Assembly (NCBI GenBank): GCA_051294375.1
Contig: CM119270.1
Coordinates: 10,560,766-10,624,765, forward strand
DNA from: Paraspadella gotoi
Lineage: Eukaryota; Animalia; Chaetognatha
Reading direction: 5' to 3'
Length of the DNA stretch: 64,000 nucleotides
The first letter of the stretch is position 1, and each line of letters starts with the position of its first letter. This document shows, in pieces, positions 10,270-23,500 of the stretch. The notes under the pieces are model-generated. The model saw nothing but the letters and a program-made list of their open reading frames with translations, did not search any database and was not told the DNA's origin. Position numbers and translations under genes: made by a program.

Positions 10270-12145
10270 TTTCATATAAAACGATAAAAAAACATTGCAC
10301 GATAGGGCAGAGAGGATGTGAAAGAAACAAAAAAGTGCCATCTCTGAAACCAATACCCATAAGACTCTTAATGTGGAAGGTCAGCAAAATCCGATCAAGG
10401 CAGCATTTTTTAAGTTTTTTTTATAAAAATAATATAGTAGTTTTAGTGAATATGCTTACAATTCGAATATCTATATTTATCTATCATTATCTACAAAGCA
10501 TAAGCTTTAATTTGAGACCTCTCCCAACTGTCTACGATTTTTCGTTATTGAATTATTAATAAAAATGATATTTTTTTTATTAAAAGAAGATTAATAAAGG
10601 ATTGTAAACTCGGTTGAGCTTTCTTCTACTGGAGAAGCAGGCAGTGACAAAGAGCTTACAACCGACGTAGTCTTTGTTTCTGTTGTAAGCAGTAAGATGA
10701 GATAGGATAAGATAAGATTATTTTCATTTTCTTCTGCTGCGGGATCAGGAGCTGTGGTCGGCGGCGGTGCATTGTCGGATACAACTGAGGCCGTCACCAT
10801 CAAGAAGCGGAGTCAATCTCATCAGAGATTCTTCAATTTTTTGGAGACGAGGCTCAAGTTTTTTTAGGATTTCGTCAGCGACAAATTTCGTCGCCGCCGA
10901 AAGATTCAATTTTTTTTTATTTTGAGTTGATAATAATGATTTGTTAAATTCTTTTGTGAACGCACGTCCCGTCCAGCGGTTTTACGTTTTCACTGCAGAA
11001 AATGTTTTTGTATTTTCTATGCCACAGGGAGACGAACGTTTAACTGAGGTTTCACCCGTTTGGAAATGTCTTAATGTGAGCTAATGTAAGAGATGTTAAG
11101 TGCAAAGTTGCAAACAATGTAGGATCTTCCCACGATCATTAGCGGTAATTATTTAATTAATTAATTCAAGTTAATTAAATAATTAGGCAATTAATTAATT
11201 AATTTGATCCGAAATGTTTGTTTTTAGGTCTTTTCATCACTGACCACCACATCAGTGACCACGACAAAAGTAACTAATTAATAAATCAATTGTTTGATTG
11301 AATAATTAGAACTTGAAGGAAATCCTATCATTAAGTGATGAATTTACTATCATTATAAAAACCCCAAAATTTACTTTTTTTCGCGATTATTAATTAATTT
11401 TCAATGAGTCATATCGCCACAATTCCCTGTGATAAATTCTCTGTCTTTTGTTTTTCTCATTAGTGCCTGTATTTTTACTCCCTCTGATCGTTGAGAAATG
11501 AAAACTTATTTGTTTCTAAACGAAACAAAAGACAACAACCAAAATTTTAAAGGTGACAGGTTTAATTCAGTACGATTTGGTTTGGATGAGAAACATAAAC
11601 AAGATTAGTTATAAGATTCTCTCATTTATTTAGCAATGCACACAAAATCACAGTAATTAATAGACAAGGACAATTCTTAATCCGGATATAATAATCATTA
11701 ATCAATTCTTTCAAGGTGTCTTTGTCAGTCCCCGTCCGAATCGCTTCCTGAAGCCAAAACGTAATTCTGAAAAAGAATATTTGTTTTTTCTTGATAAATT
11801 AGTTAATTAATAATAGATAATTTTTATTTAAAAATCTTTTACGACATTGATTTAGTTTCTAAATGTCCTATTTTTCTGGCATCTGGGTGCAGAGGGTGCT
11901 GATCGAAAAAATGCATTTTTAATTGTCATTGATGACTAAAAGTAAATTGAGGTTTTGGCGAAGGTTATTCAGGTAATAATGGTCAACACATTTTTTTTCT
12001 TTTCCATTGAAAGAAATTATACAAGAGCGAATAGTAAACTAAAATAAGTAAATATGATGTTTTGCTTCGAAGCCGGAGGACCGGGATTAAGAAGAAGAAA
12101 GAAAGATGGAGAGAGAACGAGGAAAGAAAGAAAGAAAGAAGGAAG

Positions 12146-12270
<125 letters not shown>

Positions 12271-13282
12271 CGGAATCGGTCTTTTGTCAAAAACGAGAGA
12301 GAATGTGAATAACAAAATGGTGGAACGTGAATAACAAACAAGAACTAAGGGGAAAAAAGGAAACAGACGACGACGATGACGACGACGACGAGCATCAAAT
12401 GAACAACGACGACGACAACATGATCTGCAGAAAACCAAATTATGACATATTGATAGCTGACTAACAAACTAATCAAAATGGACAACATGCTTGAAAATTC
12501 ACACGTTTTATAATTATTTTTATCTTTTATTTATTCATCGACACATTCTGAAAAATTGTACGTCGATCAGAGCAACGTTACCGAAGACAACGACGACGAC
12601 GTCGACGACAATAGCGACGACGACAACGACGAAGACGATGCCTCCGACGAAAACACGCGTTTCTATGGAATCCGAGCGTGAAGGGAGAAAAAAACGATAT
12701 CACGTGATTTGGCGAAAACGACGTCGAATTTTCTCGAGACAGATAATCATTTCTTTATGCAAATTAGGCAAAATATTGGGGCGGAAGTGAAAGCCACCAA
12801 AAAGAAAAAAAACTTTCCTTTTTTTTCTCTCAAAGAAAAACAAGTTTTGAAGAATTCGAAAAAAGGATCAAAAAGACAAGTCCCTTTTTTTGTGGTAGAA
12901 TTGAAAGGGAGTGAGCGGAATGGCAAAGCGATGTTCTCATTGAGAAATACAATGCGTTGCTTCCTCCTCTGTATGTCATTTTATAATTAGTTTGCTTTCA
13001 CAAAGACATTAAACCGGTAAATAATTTTCAAAGATCGCCTTTTATATAATGCCCCGTTCGCGGAATATATCCTTTCATAACGTAATTAAATCTTCGAGAA
13101 AAAAAATATGATAGGCCGTAAAATCTGGATGGATGTTCTTCCTTTTATTTTTTTTTTACGAAATTATGCAGAAAATATTATCCAGTTTGTCGATAAAAAG
13201 AATTTAATCGCGCAAAAAAAAGTTGCGGAGTCATAATCAAGTCTGTTCGTGCAAAACCCTCGTAAAGAGGAAGAGAGAGAAA

Positions 13283-13369
<87 letters not shown>

Positions 13370-13427
13370 TGGAGGAAAAACGGTAGGTGGGGTATCGAGG
13401 GAAGGGGGAAAAGAAGGGAAGACAGAT

Positions 13428-13535
13428 GGAAAGGAAAGGAAAGGAAAGGAAAGGAAAGGAAAGGAAAGGAAAGGAAAGGAAAAGGAAAGGAAAGGAAAGG
13501 AAAGGAAAGGAAAGGAAAGGAAAAGAAAGGAAGGA
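13428..13535. repeat. (GGAAA)n pentanucleotide repeat
   Basis: Directly visible. Confidence 0.95.
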
Positions 13536-15814
13536 AAGATAGAAAAAAAGAAAAGATAAGAATAAGTTAATAAAGAAGAGGACCGAGAGATATGTATGAT
13601 AAAAAAATAAATAAAAGGAGAAGCAATAAATAATATAGGGTGAGGGAAAGTTAAGTGAGAAAAAAAAGGAGGAAAGAGAAAACTCTAACGATTAAAGGAA
13701 AAAATGGGAATCAAACTTCAAGAAAAACGTTGGCGGAGGAAATCCAGGGAGGAAAGGCCAGAGATTCGAGCGAAAAGCGACGGGGGGAGAAAAGGAGGAA
13801 AGGAAATGGAGGAAGAAAAACGGAAAACCGAAAAGCTTAAATCAAAAGAAATAAACAAGTCGGCGCCTAAACCGTTAAATCGGCCGAGGACAGCGGTGAG
13901 GGGTGTAGGTGGTAGAAGTGGTGAAGGGGTTGAGAGCGTGGAGATGGTGGAGGTCGCGGACCAAGGTGGTCGGATAATGAATAAGAACTCGTTCCTTGCT
14001 TCATTTGTTCCTCCATTGCTCGTATTCACAGTGTTTCTACCGATACAACGCCTTCTGGTAAATTCTCCACATACGTACTAGCAAAATTCTGGCATTGCCA
14101 TTGCCATTGCTAAAAAATCCTATCGCCACCAACGCCACCAACGTGGCAACCGACTCCGCCGCAGCCGAAGCCGCAGCCGCCGCCGCCGCCCCTGCCGCCG
14201 CTTCAATCCGGGGAGCCCGACTGATATAAAATCTTTCGCCTTCATTTCACTCGAAAAACATTAAAACATTAGAAATTTGTAAGAAATCTTCTGATCGCGA
14301 TTTCCTTGGCGTCTCGGCGTCGTCGTCGTCGTCGTCGTTTTCGTCGTTGTCATCGCCGGCTGTGCGATCGTCGTTATACTGACACAGAGTCGGAGAGTTG
14401 AGCGAGTGTCCTCAAAAGCGCCTGCATTGTAATAGTATTCGTTGTATTAGTTACTTACATAGATATCTGTAATTTTAATCTGTAATTTTAACAAATCCCA
14501 TCTGTTGAATTTCTATTAAAAATTTATTGAATAAAAACATCAATGGAGAAAAAGAGATAGAAAAGACAATAGCTAAAAAAATTGGGAAAAGAAGGCAAAG
14601 AGAGAGAAGGATGGATGGATAGAAAGACAACGCATAGAAGGAGACAAAAAGGAGGAAGAGAGACGTGAAAAAGATGAGGAAAACGCGCGGAATTTTTTGC
14701 GTCGAAAAAACGGAAAAGTTTCTTACAATAAAAATTCTTTCCTCTTCCCTTTCACGATCGCCATGGTCGTCGTCGTCGTAGTCGTCGTCGTTGTCGTCGT
14801 CGTCGTCGGCGTTGTTAGGATATTCGTCGTCGATGTTACTCTAGTTGTCGGCATCGTTTGGATATTTGTTATCTACGTTGCTCTCAACGTTGTCATTGGC
14901 ATCGTTAGGATATTCGTCGTCTACGTTACTCTTGTCGTCGTCGTCGTTGTCGTCTGCTTGGGACGGTTGTCTTTGTCCCTTTTATTACAATTATTGTTTA
15001 TCTGACAGAAATAAAAGAATACAAATAATCATAGCCTACTGACACGTATCCATCACATAAGACCCACGTTTTCATCAACCATATCCACATTCTTCTCTAT
15101 ATCTCTCTCTCCATCATCCTCTACATATTTTTCCACATCTTTCTCTCCACATCTTTTCCTCCAATATTTTCACCTCGAAACTTTCCAAGATTTTCGAAAA
15201 GTGAATTCGTTCAAACTGCGTCCCGGAACAATCGACACAAAATACACCCTAAAAAAAAAAAAAATAATAATAATAAGTAGAATTTCAGTTGGAAAAGAGG
15301 AAAGAGGATGGAGTGTATCATCTCCTCTTCGTCCACGATGGAAGAAGACTTTCTCTCTTTTGAATATTTCATCAAAACCGCGCGACGACGACGACGACGA
15401 AATGACGATGACGAGGTGACGACGACGTCAACGACGACGATGACGACGACGATTGCATTCATGATAAAAAAAAATTTCAATACAAAAATGTAAGGATTAA
15501 AAAATTAAAAAAAGAGCAACCGAAACTTACTAACGAACACATTTTGGGAAGAAAGACGATGAACGAGCTTACCCATTACACAAAAATCCGAGGGCAACGA
15601 CGACAATGACGACGACGATGACGACGACGTCGACAGCGAGGGGAAAAAAAGAAAGAAAAAGAAAAGTTATGGGACCGAAATTCTCGGATTATTCGAACAG
15701 TAATTAAAACCGAAAAATATTCATAATGGCTTAAACGCCGGAGTCATTAAGACGAAGAAGGAAATTCGATGCAGCTAATACAACTCTCTCTCAACATCAT
15801 CCTCCAAAAAAAGG

Positions 15815-15871
<57 letters not shown>

Positions 15872-16429
15872 ACTCCCCTATTCCCCAGATAACAAAGATT
15901 CCGCCGCATTTCCCGAAACAAGAGAATCGGTTCTTTTCTCCTCTTTCTCTCTTAACGAGGCGACGGTTCGTGAAAAGGCGGCGAAAATATGGGGAAGCGG
16001 CGGCCAAATAGCTGTGAAGGTGGCAAAAAAGCAGTGAAATGAGTGCAAAGAGGGAGCAAAAACGAATGTATAAAGTTGCTTAAGAGTGAATAAAGGGCAA
16101 GAAAAAAACAGAGAAAAAAGTAAAAGAAAAAACAGAGCAGAAATGAAATGAGGGGCGCAGGAAATCGCTAAAGCGACGTACAAAAAGTTAGCAGTAAGAT
16201 AAGATAATGAAGATATGGAGAGTTTTATTTCAAAAGATCCATATTTTTCTCACCCTCATTGTTTTATTCACCCCGAAAAGCATCTGCCGCTGTTAACACC
16301 ACCCCTTGCACTCTCCCTCACCTCAGACTCATCACTCCAGCCTCACTTTCACCCCAACCGCGCGGTTTCAATGCTTCATTTTTATCCGATTCTTTATGAA
16401 CACAAATGAGCGACGAAGACTAAATGACT

Positions 16430-16499
<70 letters not shown>

Positions 16500-16988
16500 C
16501 TCCACCGGCCGGTACCGGAATGAAACAGAATGAATATCCAATGAACCCGACGATTGAAAAGAATTAAAACTAGAAAAGACGAAGAAAATGTGATGACGAG
16601 CTAGAGAGGGAGGGGGAGGGTGGACGGGGGTGTAGAGAGGGAAGAAAGAGAGTGCGGATGGGAGACAGCTGGGAGAGAGAATGGATAGAATTTCTTTCTT
16701 TTCTCTTCATTGTCTTTTTTTTTTTGTCTTTTTTCGGTTTATTAAGTAGATGATCGCTGGGAGTCTGGAGGAAAGGAAGGGAAGATGAGGGAGAAAGAGA
16801 AAGAGAGGGGACAAGAAACTATGAAATAGAAAGACAGACCAACTGACTACGTGATAATTGGAGCAGCTAAAATGAACTATTGTGGACGCAAACTTGTTGC
16901 GTCCTCACTATGTCATATACTTCGCTGAGGAAAAGAAGAAATAATCTACGCGCGACGCGCGCTCATAACAAAACAAACAGAGAGAGGG

Positions 16989-17064
<76 letters not shown>

Positions 17065-17160
17065 TTTAACAAAAAACAGAGAGTCTGAGACATTAAATCT
17101 AGTTTCCATTACGCAGTTGATTTTCTTTTCTAAGAAAAGATCCAAACCTCGATGTCCTCT

Positions 17161-17192
<32 letters not shown>

Positions 17193-17583
17193 CGCCTCGT
17201 CTTGGTCTAAGTGCTCCTCACGCTTTAAACGACGTCGCATTTGTTTATTGTTTATGTTTTGTTTTTTTTAAATTTGGGATCAGAGATTTTTTAAATAATG
17301 ACTTGCCCCGTATTTAAATGAATAGATCCCATTTTATGAATTTAGTATTTTTCAGACAATAATTTACTCTAATTTTATCATTTTTGTTTACCATTTAACA
17401 CAGTATTTTTGGAATTCCATTTGAGAACTTACTTTTCATTAAACATAACAGTTTAAATCCAGCTAAATGTTTAATTTTGTCAAGATCAATTTCCTTTTAA
17501 ACCTATAACCTCACACCTTCTCTCATCTCCTCCTAGTTTCATTCTCTAGCCCAGCCTTTAAGAACTTCCTCTCTGTTCACCAA

Positions 17584-20500
17584 TCAACAACTTCCCACCT
17601 CATGCCCCAACCACGACCGCTGCCCCACCTGCTCCTGCTCCAGCCGCTCCTCCAGCCGCTGCTTGAAGACCTCTTCCGCTTCCTCCTTCTCTTCGTCCAC
17701 GAATTCGTCTTTGTCGAGGCGCTCGAGATTACGCAGCGACACCAGCACCTCCATGCGGTACTCCTCCATCTCCGATACAGGGTTTTCTAGAAAAATAAGG
17801 TGCAAAATTTGAATAATTTAATTGCAAAAAATTGTATAACTTTTTAATCTGGTTTCCAGATTAAAAAAGAATTGGTGACTTTGAAAAAAAAATTGTTTTT
17901 CCCTTTGAAACAGAAAAAAAATGTGATTAAGATATATTTTCATTTCGTTGAGAAAAGAAAATTATTGTTTCGTTTATAAAAAAAAATCAAATCGTGAGAA
18001 TGAATTGTGAGAAAAAGTAAATATTTTTTTTTAATTTAAATTCCATTTTTTGATGTATCTTTAATTATTCCCATCGGTTTTTTGTGTGTTTTGACATCAA
18101 CAACGCTTAAAAATATAGAGAATCAAAGTGCAATAATTTAAAATTTTAATAATATTTACCAAAGAGTATCAAAGTCCGAAGAGCTGGAAGCGTAACCAGT
18201 TCTGCAACAAAAAGAGGACAAACAAATTGAAGAGTCTTTATTTTGGTAAAAATTTGACTTTCTCTTTCAAGTTACAATTATAACCGATTCAAAAAAATAA
18301 ATACTACTATATTTATAAAATTTAATCTAAATAACAATTAAAAAAATCACTCAATAAAGAATGAATAAATGAATCAATGAACCGACTTTCAATCTCGCGG
18401 AAATCGTCGACTTTGTTGCCTCTGAGGCTGAGGTACTGGAGGGAAGAGAGCGTCGGGGGAAATCCGTCCAGAGTGTGGAAGTTGTTCTCTCGGAGGTGAA
18501 GCACCTGGCGGGGATGAGGGAGAGGAAAGTTAGTCGGGTAATTATGTATTATGTATTATGTATTAATGTGAGGTAAGTTACTATCGAAATTACTTATATT
18601 TATTTGTAAAACTTCTTATTTTTTAGTGGAGGAGCAGAGATAGCATTGGGGATGAATTAAAGAACAAGTTTGAGCAAACAATGCCGGATCTGCCCACGAT
18701 CATTAGCGGTAAGCAGCGAAACTTGATTTCCAATTCAATCACACACACACACCCACAGACAACATTTCATTCCAATCCATCAATCAAATCACGAGTAATT
18801 GGTGTTTTTTGCTAAGGTGGGACGGACGGACGGACGGACGGACGGACAGACAGACAGACGGACAGTCAAACGGACAGACAGACGGACGGACAGACGGACC
18901 TCATTTTTTTGCATAATTTATCGTAATTCGATGTTCTAACATGATATAAGTGAATGCCCGACAAGATATGGGGGGAGAACCGACGGACCGACAAGTTGAA
19001 TTATAGAGCCGGGTTCTGAAATGATTGATTTTTTTCAACTGCGAAAAACAACAACAACAACAGCAACAAGAACAACAACAATAACCTAGCCACTGAACCG
19101 CCCCCTCCTTTCCAACCTCCAATTTGACAAGGCTCTCCAACTCCTCCACTTTGTCCAGATTGTTCCCCGCCAGATAGAGGCGCTGGAGTTGGACCAAGGC
19201 GCCCAGACCGGAAGTGGAGGTGAGTTTGTTTCCGCGAAGCTCAAGGGTGTGGAGGCGGCGGAGGATGGTAGGCTCGAGGTGGGTCACTCTGGTTACGCGG
19301 TTGTCTGAAGTGAGTCGGCGGGTTGGGGGAGGGTGTTGGGAAAATTAGGAAAGTAACAGAGTTAGGTTTTATGAAAGAATGTTTATTATGGTCAATAGGC
19401 TTAATTTCAGAATAATATTTACAAAATTGTTACTCACCCCGTGTCCGTTCGCGAGTGACACCAAAAAATATTTAATATACTTTAAATATTAAATAAATAT
19501 AATTCATAAGTATATCATTAGTTGGAGAACTACTTGACGTTTTTTATGTATAAGTTTCATTTTGTGTTTAATTCATTTACTATACTATGCTTAATCAAAC
19601 ACTTCCCTACCCACATGCAAAATTTCAAGTCAATTGCCCCATCCACTCATGAGTAATTAGCGTTCAAATAGTGAAATATATTTTTTGTTTTTTCCATTTA
19701 AACTCATTTCCACTCGCAAAGTGAATTATAGTGTCGGGATCTGCTGATAAGCAGATCCGACAAAAAATACGACTAAAAATGAGTCAAACTCTAAGAGAAA
19801 AAGTTCTCGTCAAAGAAAACTTAAAAAAAAAACTGAAATAGATTTATTTTTATCACAGAAACTTTTGCACAAAAAAAAAAAAAAAAAACTGCATCCTCGG
19901 TCTCTTTTTTTGTCTTTGATTAAAATTTCGCGTGAAAACAGATTTTTTTTTTCTTTTCGTTCACTCGCTCTGCTCTGCCTCGTTTACCCTAAAAAAGATA
20001 GAAAAAAAAATCCATAAAGATTAAAAGGGGAAAGAATATTTATTTTCTTTTTTTTCCTCAAATTTTTTTAATCTCGGTTCTTCGGTCGTCATAACGACGA
20101 ACGTGGGGCGATTTAGATGAAAGAGACGAAGCTGACGATCATGATGACGATGACGTCGACGACGACGACGACTATGGTGATGATCATGACAAACTCGATG
20201 TTTCCAACGATGACAAATAGGACAACGACATCGAAGATAATGATAATTCATGTGACAGTGTTACAGTTTTATGCTGGTCACAACCGACCATAACTTCGCT
20301 GATGTGAATAAAAAAACGAGGGACCGACCGACAGACCGACGGACCGACAGACCGACGGACCGACAGACCGACGGACCGACAGCCGGATCCCGGATATGAT
20401 GTCTTTAATCGCCTCTTTATTGCGAGAAATCTCTCGTAAAAGGAACATTTCTCATTAAATTGACACTTTCTTCATTACGGGCGGCGGAGCTTAATGAAGG

Positions 20501-23500
20501 AACCGGAGCCTCGACGCGTTTAGGGATGACATCGACGTTATTTTTTGAAAAACTAAAATTAATTTAGGGATGAAATGAATGAGAATATTATTAATCATAT
20601 AAAAATGGAAAAATATCTTTATCTATAAAAAACATTTTTGTTCAAAAAACGTATAAAATAAGGGTCAAACAGTAAATAGTTTAACATAAATTAATCATAA
20701 TTTTCATAAGGTCCTTAAAAATTTGTTTGTCGTAGAAGTGCATTTAGAAAAATAAAAATTGAAAACATAATCATCGCATTTTACAAAACCTAAAACTGTA
20801 AAAAATGAAAAAAATATAAAATCCCAAAAATAAAAAAATAAAAATTTCCTTCCCTGAAAATGGATGAAAAACTAAAAGTCACCAATGACCTCAGGCTTCT
20901 CTTTTTTCGGCGAATTCGTCTGAATCTGTTTTATTCTTTTGAAATAAAAAATAAAAAGAAATAAAAAAAAAATTTCGTTTTCTCGTTTATTCTTCGTTTG
21001 ACTTCGTCTCTAATTGCGAGGTTACGGGTTTATATGGGAAATGAAAATGCCCCATTGAGGTTCCCATTGACGGCCGTAAAAGCGGATCGCGGGTTGAAAC
21101 TAAAGATTTAGCCGAGGTTTTCGCCCCCACCCCCCTCTTTGCCCGCCTCCACCCCGACTCGGTCTGCCTTTCCCCTCCTTTTCCCTTCCTCATCCCATCA
21201 TCTTTCCGTCTTCATTTTTTCGCCTAGATTCTAGCTCCCCTTATTTCTTTCTCTAACCTCCTACCTATCGTAACAACTATCTATAATTCCGCCAAATTTA
21301 ATCACGCCCATGTTACAGATCTGCTCAAAAAAAAGTTTAATAGTTATGATAAAAGCATTTTATTTCGTTATTTGAAGGAAAATAATGCTTTTTAGGACTC
21401 AGTTAGTTATTAGGTTGTCAGACTACCATTTTTTTACATCATCACCTCCCTGCAACAAGGGAGAGAGTTGTAGAGGCTGCACAAATATGAAGGGTTCAGC
21501 TCCCCAAATACATTTTGAAATTTTCTTGATTGTATTGACTGTCATGGCGTTATATTGCAAAATATCCCTTTTCATCCTTGACCAAACATTTTCGATGATG
21601 TTGCACCTCAATCCCATTTTCCTCATGACATTTTTGGATGGCTTTAACTTTGTATCCAGGAGCTGTATCCTCCATGAAAAGCCAACCATTCACTGTTGAA
21701 CAACTTCTTCTTCTCTCCATTTTTTTCTTAACTGGCTTGCAGAAGCCTTACGGTCTTGAATTGCGAGACTTTCCACGTCATCGTTCTCACTCTCCGTGGA
21801 CATGCAGGGCCGCCTGCATGTCAGCTGGTCCAAGGTGTCCATTTGCTTCAAATTTGTTAACAACCTTGCAGATGGCTGTAGAAGAGAAATGAAACTGTTT
21901 GGCGATCCTATATCTTGACAAACCTGCCTTCCAAAGCTTAACAATTGCAGTGTAGCAGCTCAAGTGACGATGACAACAACAACAACAAACGACCACAACA
22001 ACGACGATCAAGTTCACTGCCCATTATTCGACCACCTGACCTTGGGTCAGGTTTCACCTCACTCACTTGAACATTGACCATTGAATTGTTATTGTTTTTT
22101 CTCTTTTTGGTTTTTACTATTGTTATTGACTTTTCGTTATGGTTTACTTTTATTTTTTGGATTATAACCTTTTTTGTTTCCTTAAAGAAAAATTGCCTCA
22201 ATATTTTTTTGCTCAAAAATATTCGTCACTTGAGTCAACTACAGCAGCTTTCTTTTGGGGGATCAGCTGTTTTGAAGTTTCCATGGTAAAAAAAATACAA
22301 AAAAAAATAAAAACAAAGATTGTGGAAGACGATGCCGCGAGCAGTTTTACCGTCTGTTGCACACAAGGTCCCGAACTTCGGATCGGGCTGTAGTCCGACA
22401 CTACAGGTGGGTTAGACGCCCCGTCCCGCTTTTACTTGTGTGAATCAGCAGGGCGCGAACCCGAGTCCTTTGGGTTGGGAGGAGCTCGTGCTACCTCCGG
22501 CGCCATAGGTGCTGCTGATTCTCGGACGAGTAGTGGGGTATGAAATACTACCACTACAAGATGAATAAAAAGTTTTTTCACAAAAAAAAAAAAGAAATTG
22601 TAAGACAAAATATTTATCCTTTTTTTTATTTTAGCACTGTTTCTATAATATCTAGCCTAAAAACCTTGTAATGGGCTCGAATGAAAGATATTTGTCTTGG
22701 CTTTCAAATGAACCCAAATTTCAATTAATAGGATGACAGACAAGCGAGATAGTAGGGGGTTCAAAGTTTAAACTTTTTTTTGAGCAGATCTGTATATTTG
22801 GATACCGATATTGCGTATCACCATTATAATTGTTGCTTGACATAGTGTTCAGATTTGTGGAATCACCCGATGTTGAGATGAGAAAAGATCATTATTATTT
22901 AACAGTATTTAATTAAGAGTTCATAGCTTTATCTTTGCAGAAATATCTGCTATGTCTATTGCCAGGTCAAAGAGACAACAGTAAACAACATCTAAAGATT
23001 TAAAGACGATAAAAATTTAAAAATAACCATTTTTAAGAAAAAAAAGTTTTTTTGGTTCAGATTTTTAACGCGCACAATTCGGTGAAAAACAGAATGGAAA
23101 GAAATCAGTGGAAAAATACAAATAAGACGCTTTCACGAGAGGGAGGAATAAAGGAAAGTGTGGGGGAGAAGGGGGAGAAGGATGGAGAGAGGAAAGAGAA
23201 GGAGAGAAGGGAGGAATAGGGGAAAGTGTGGGGGAGAAGAGGAAGAAGGATGGAGAGAGGGAGAGAGGGAGGAATAGGGGAAAATGTGGGGGAGAAGGGG
23301 GAGAAGGATGGAGAGAGGGAGAGAAGGAGAGTGGAGGAAATAGGAAGAAGTGTGGGGAGAAAAGGGGGAGAAGGATGGAGAGAGGGAGAGAAGGAGAAGA
23401 GGGAAGAATAGGGGAAAATGTGGGGGAGAAGGGGGAGAAGGATGGAGAGAGGGAAGAGAAGGAGAGAGGGAGGAATAGGGGAAAGTGTGGGGGAGAAGAG

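Larger units (their letters stand above)
21316..22792 (-). mobile_element. Internally deleted Tc1-family transposon carrying two nested insertions
   Basis: Perfect 25-bp TIR CAGATCTGCTCAAAAAAAAGTTTAA flanked by TA. Transposase remnants: HTH region IVKLWKAGLSRYRIAKQFHFSSTAICKVVNKF and C-terminal CNIIENVWSRMKRDI. Confidence 0.92.

Noticed and set aside
22321-22558. Ordinary tRNA-derived SINE
   Set aside because: The tRNA-like part is internal rather than at the 5' end, there is no 3' tail, and the ends are TG...CA with a fixed 4-bp duplication.
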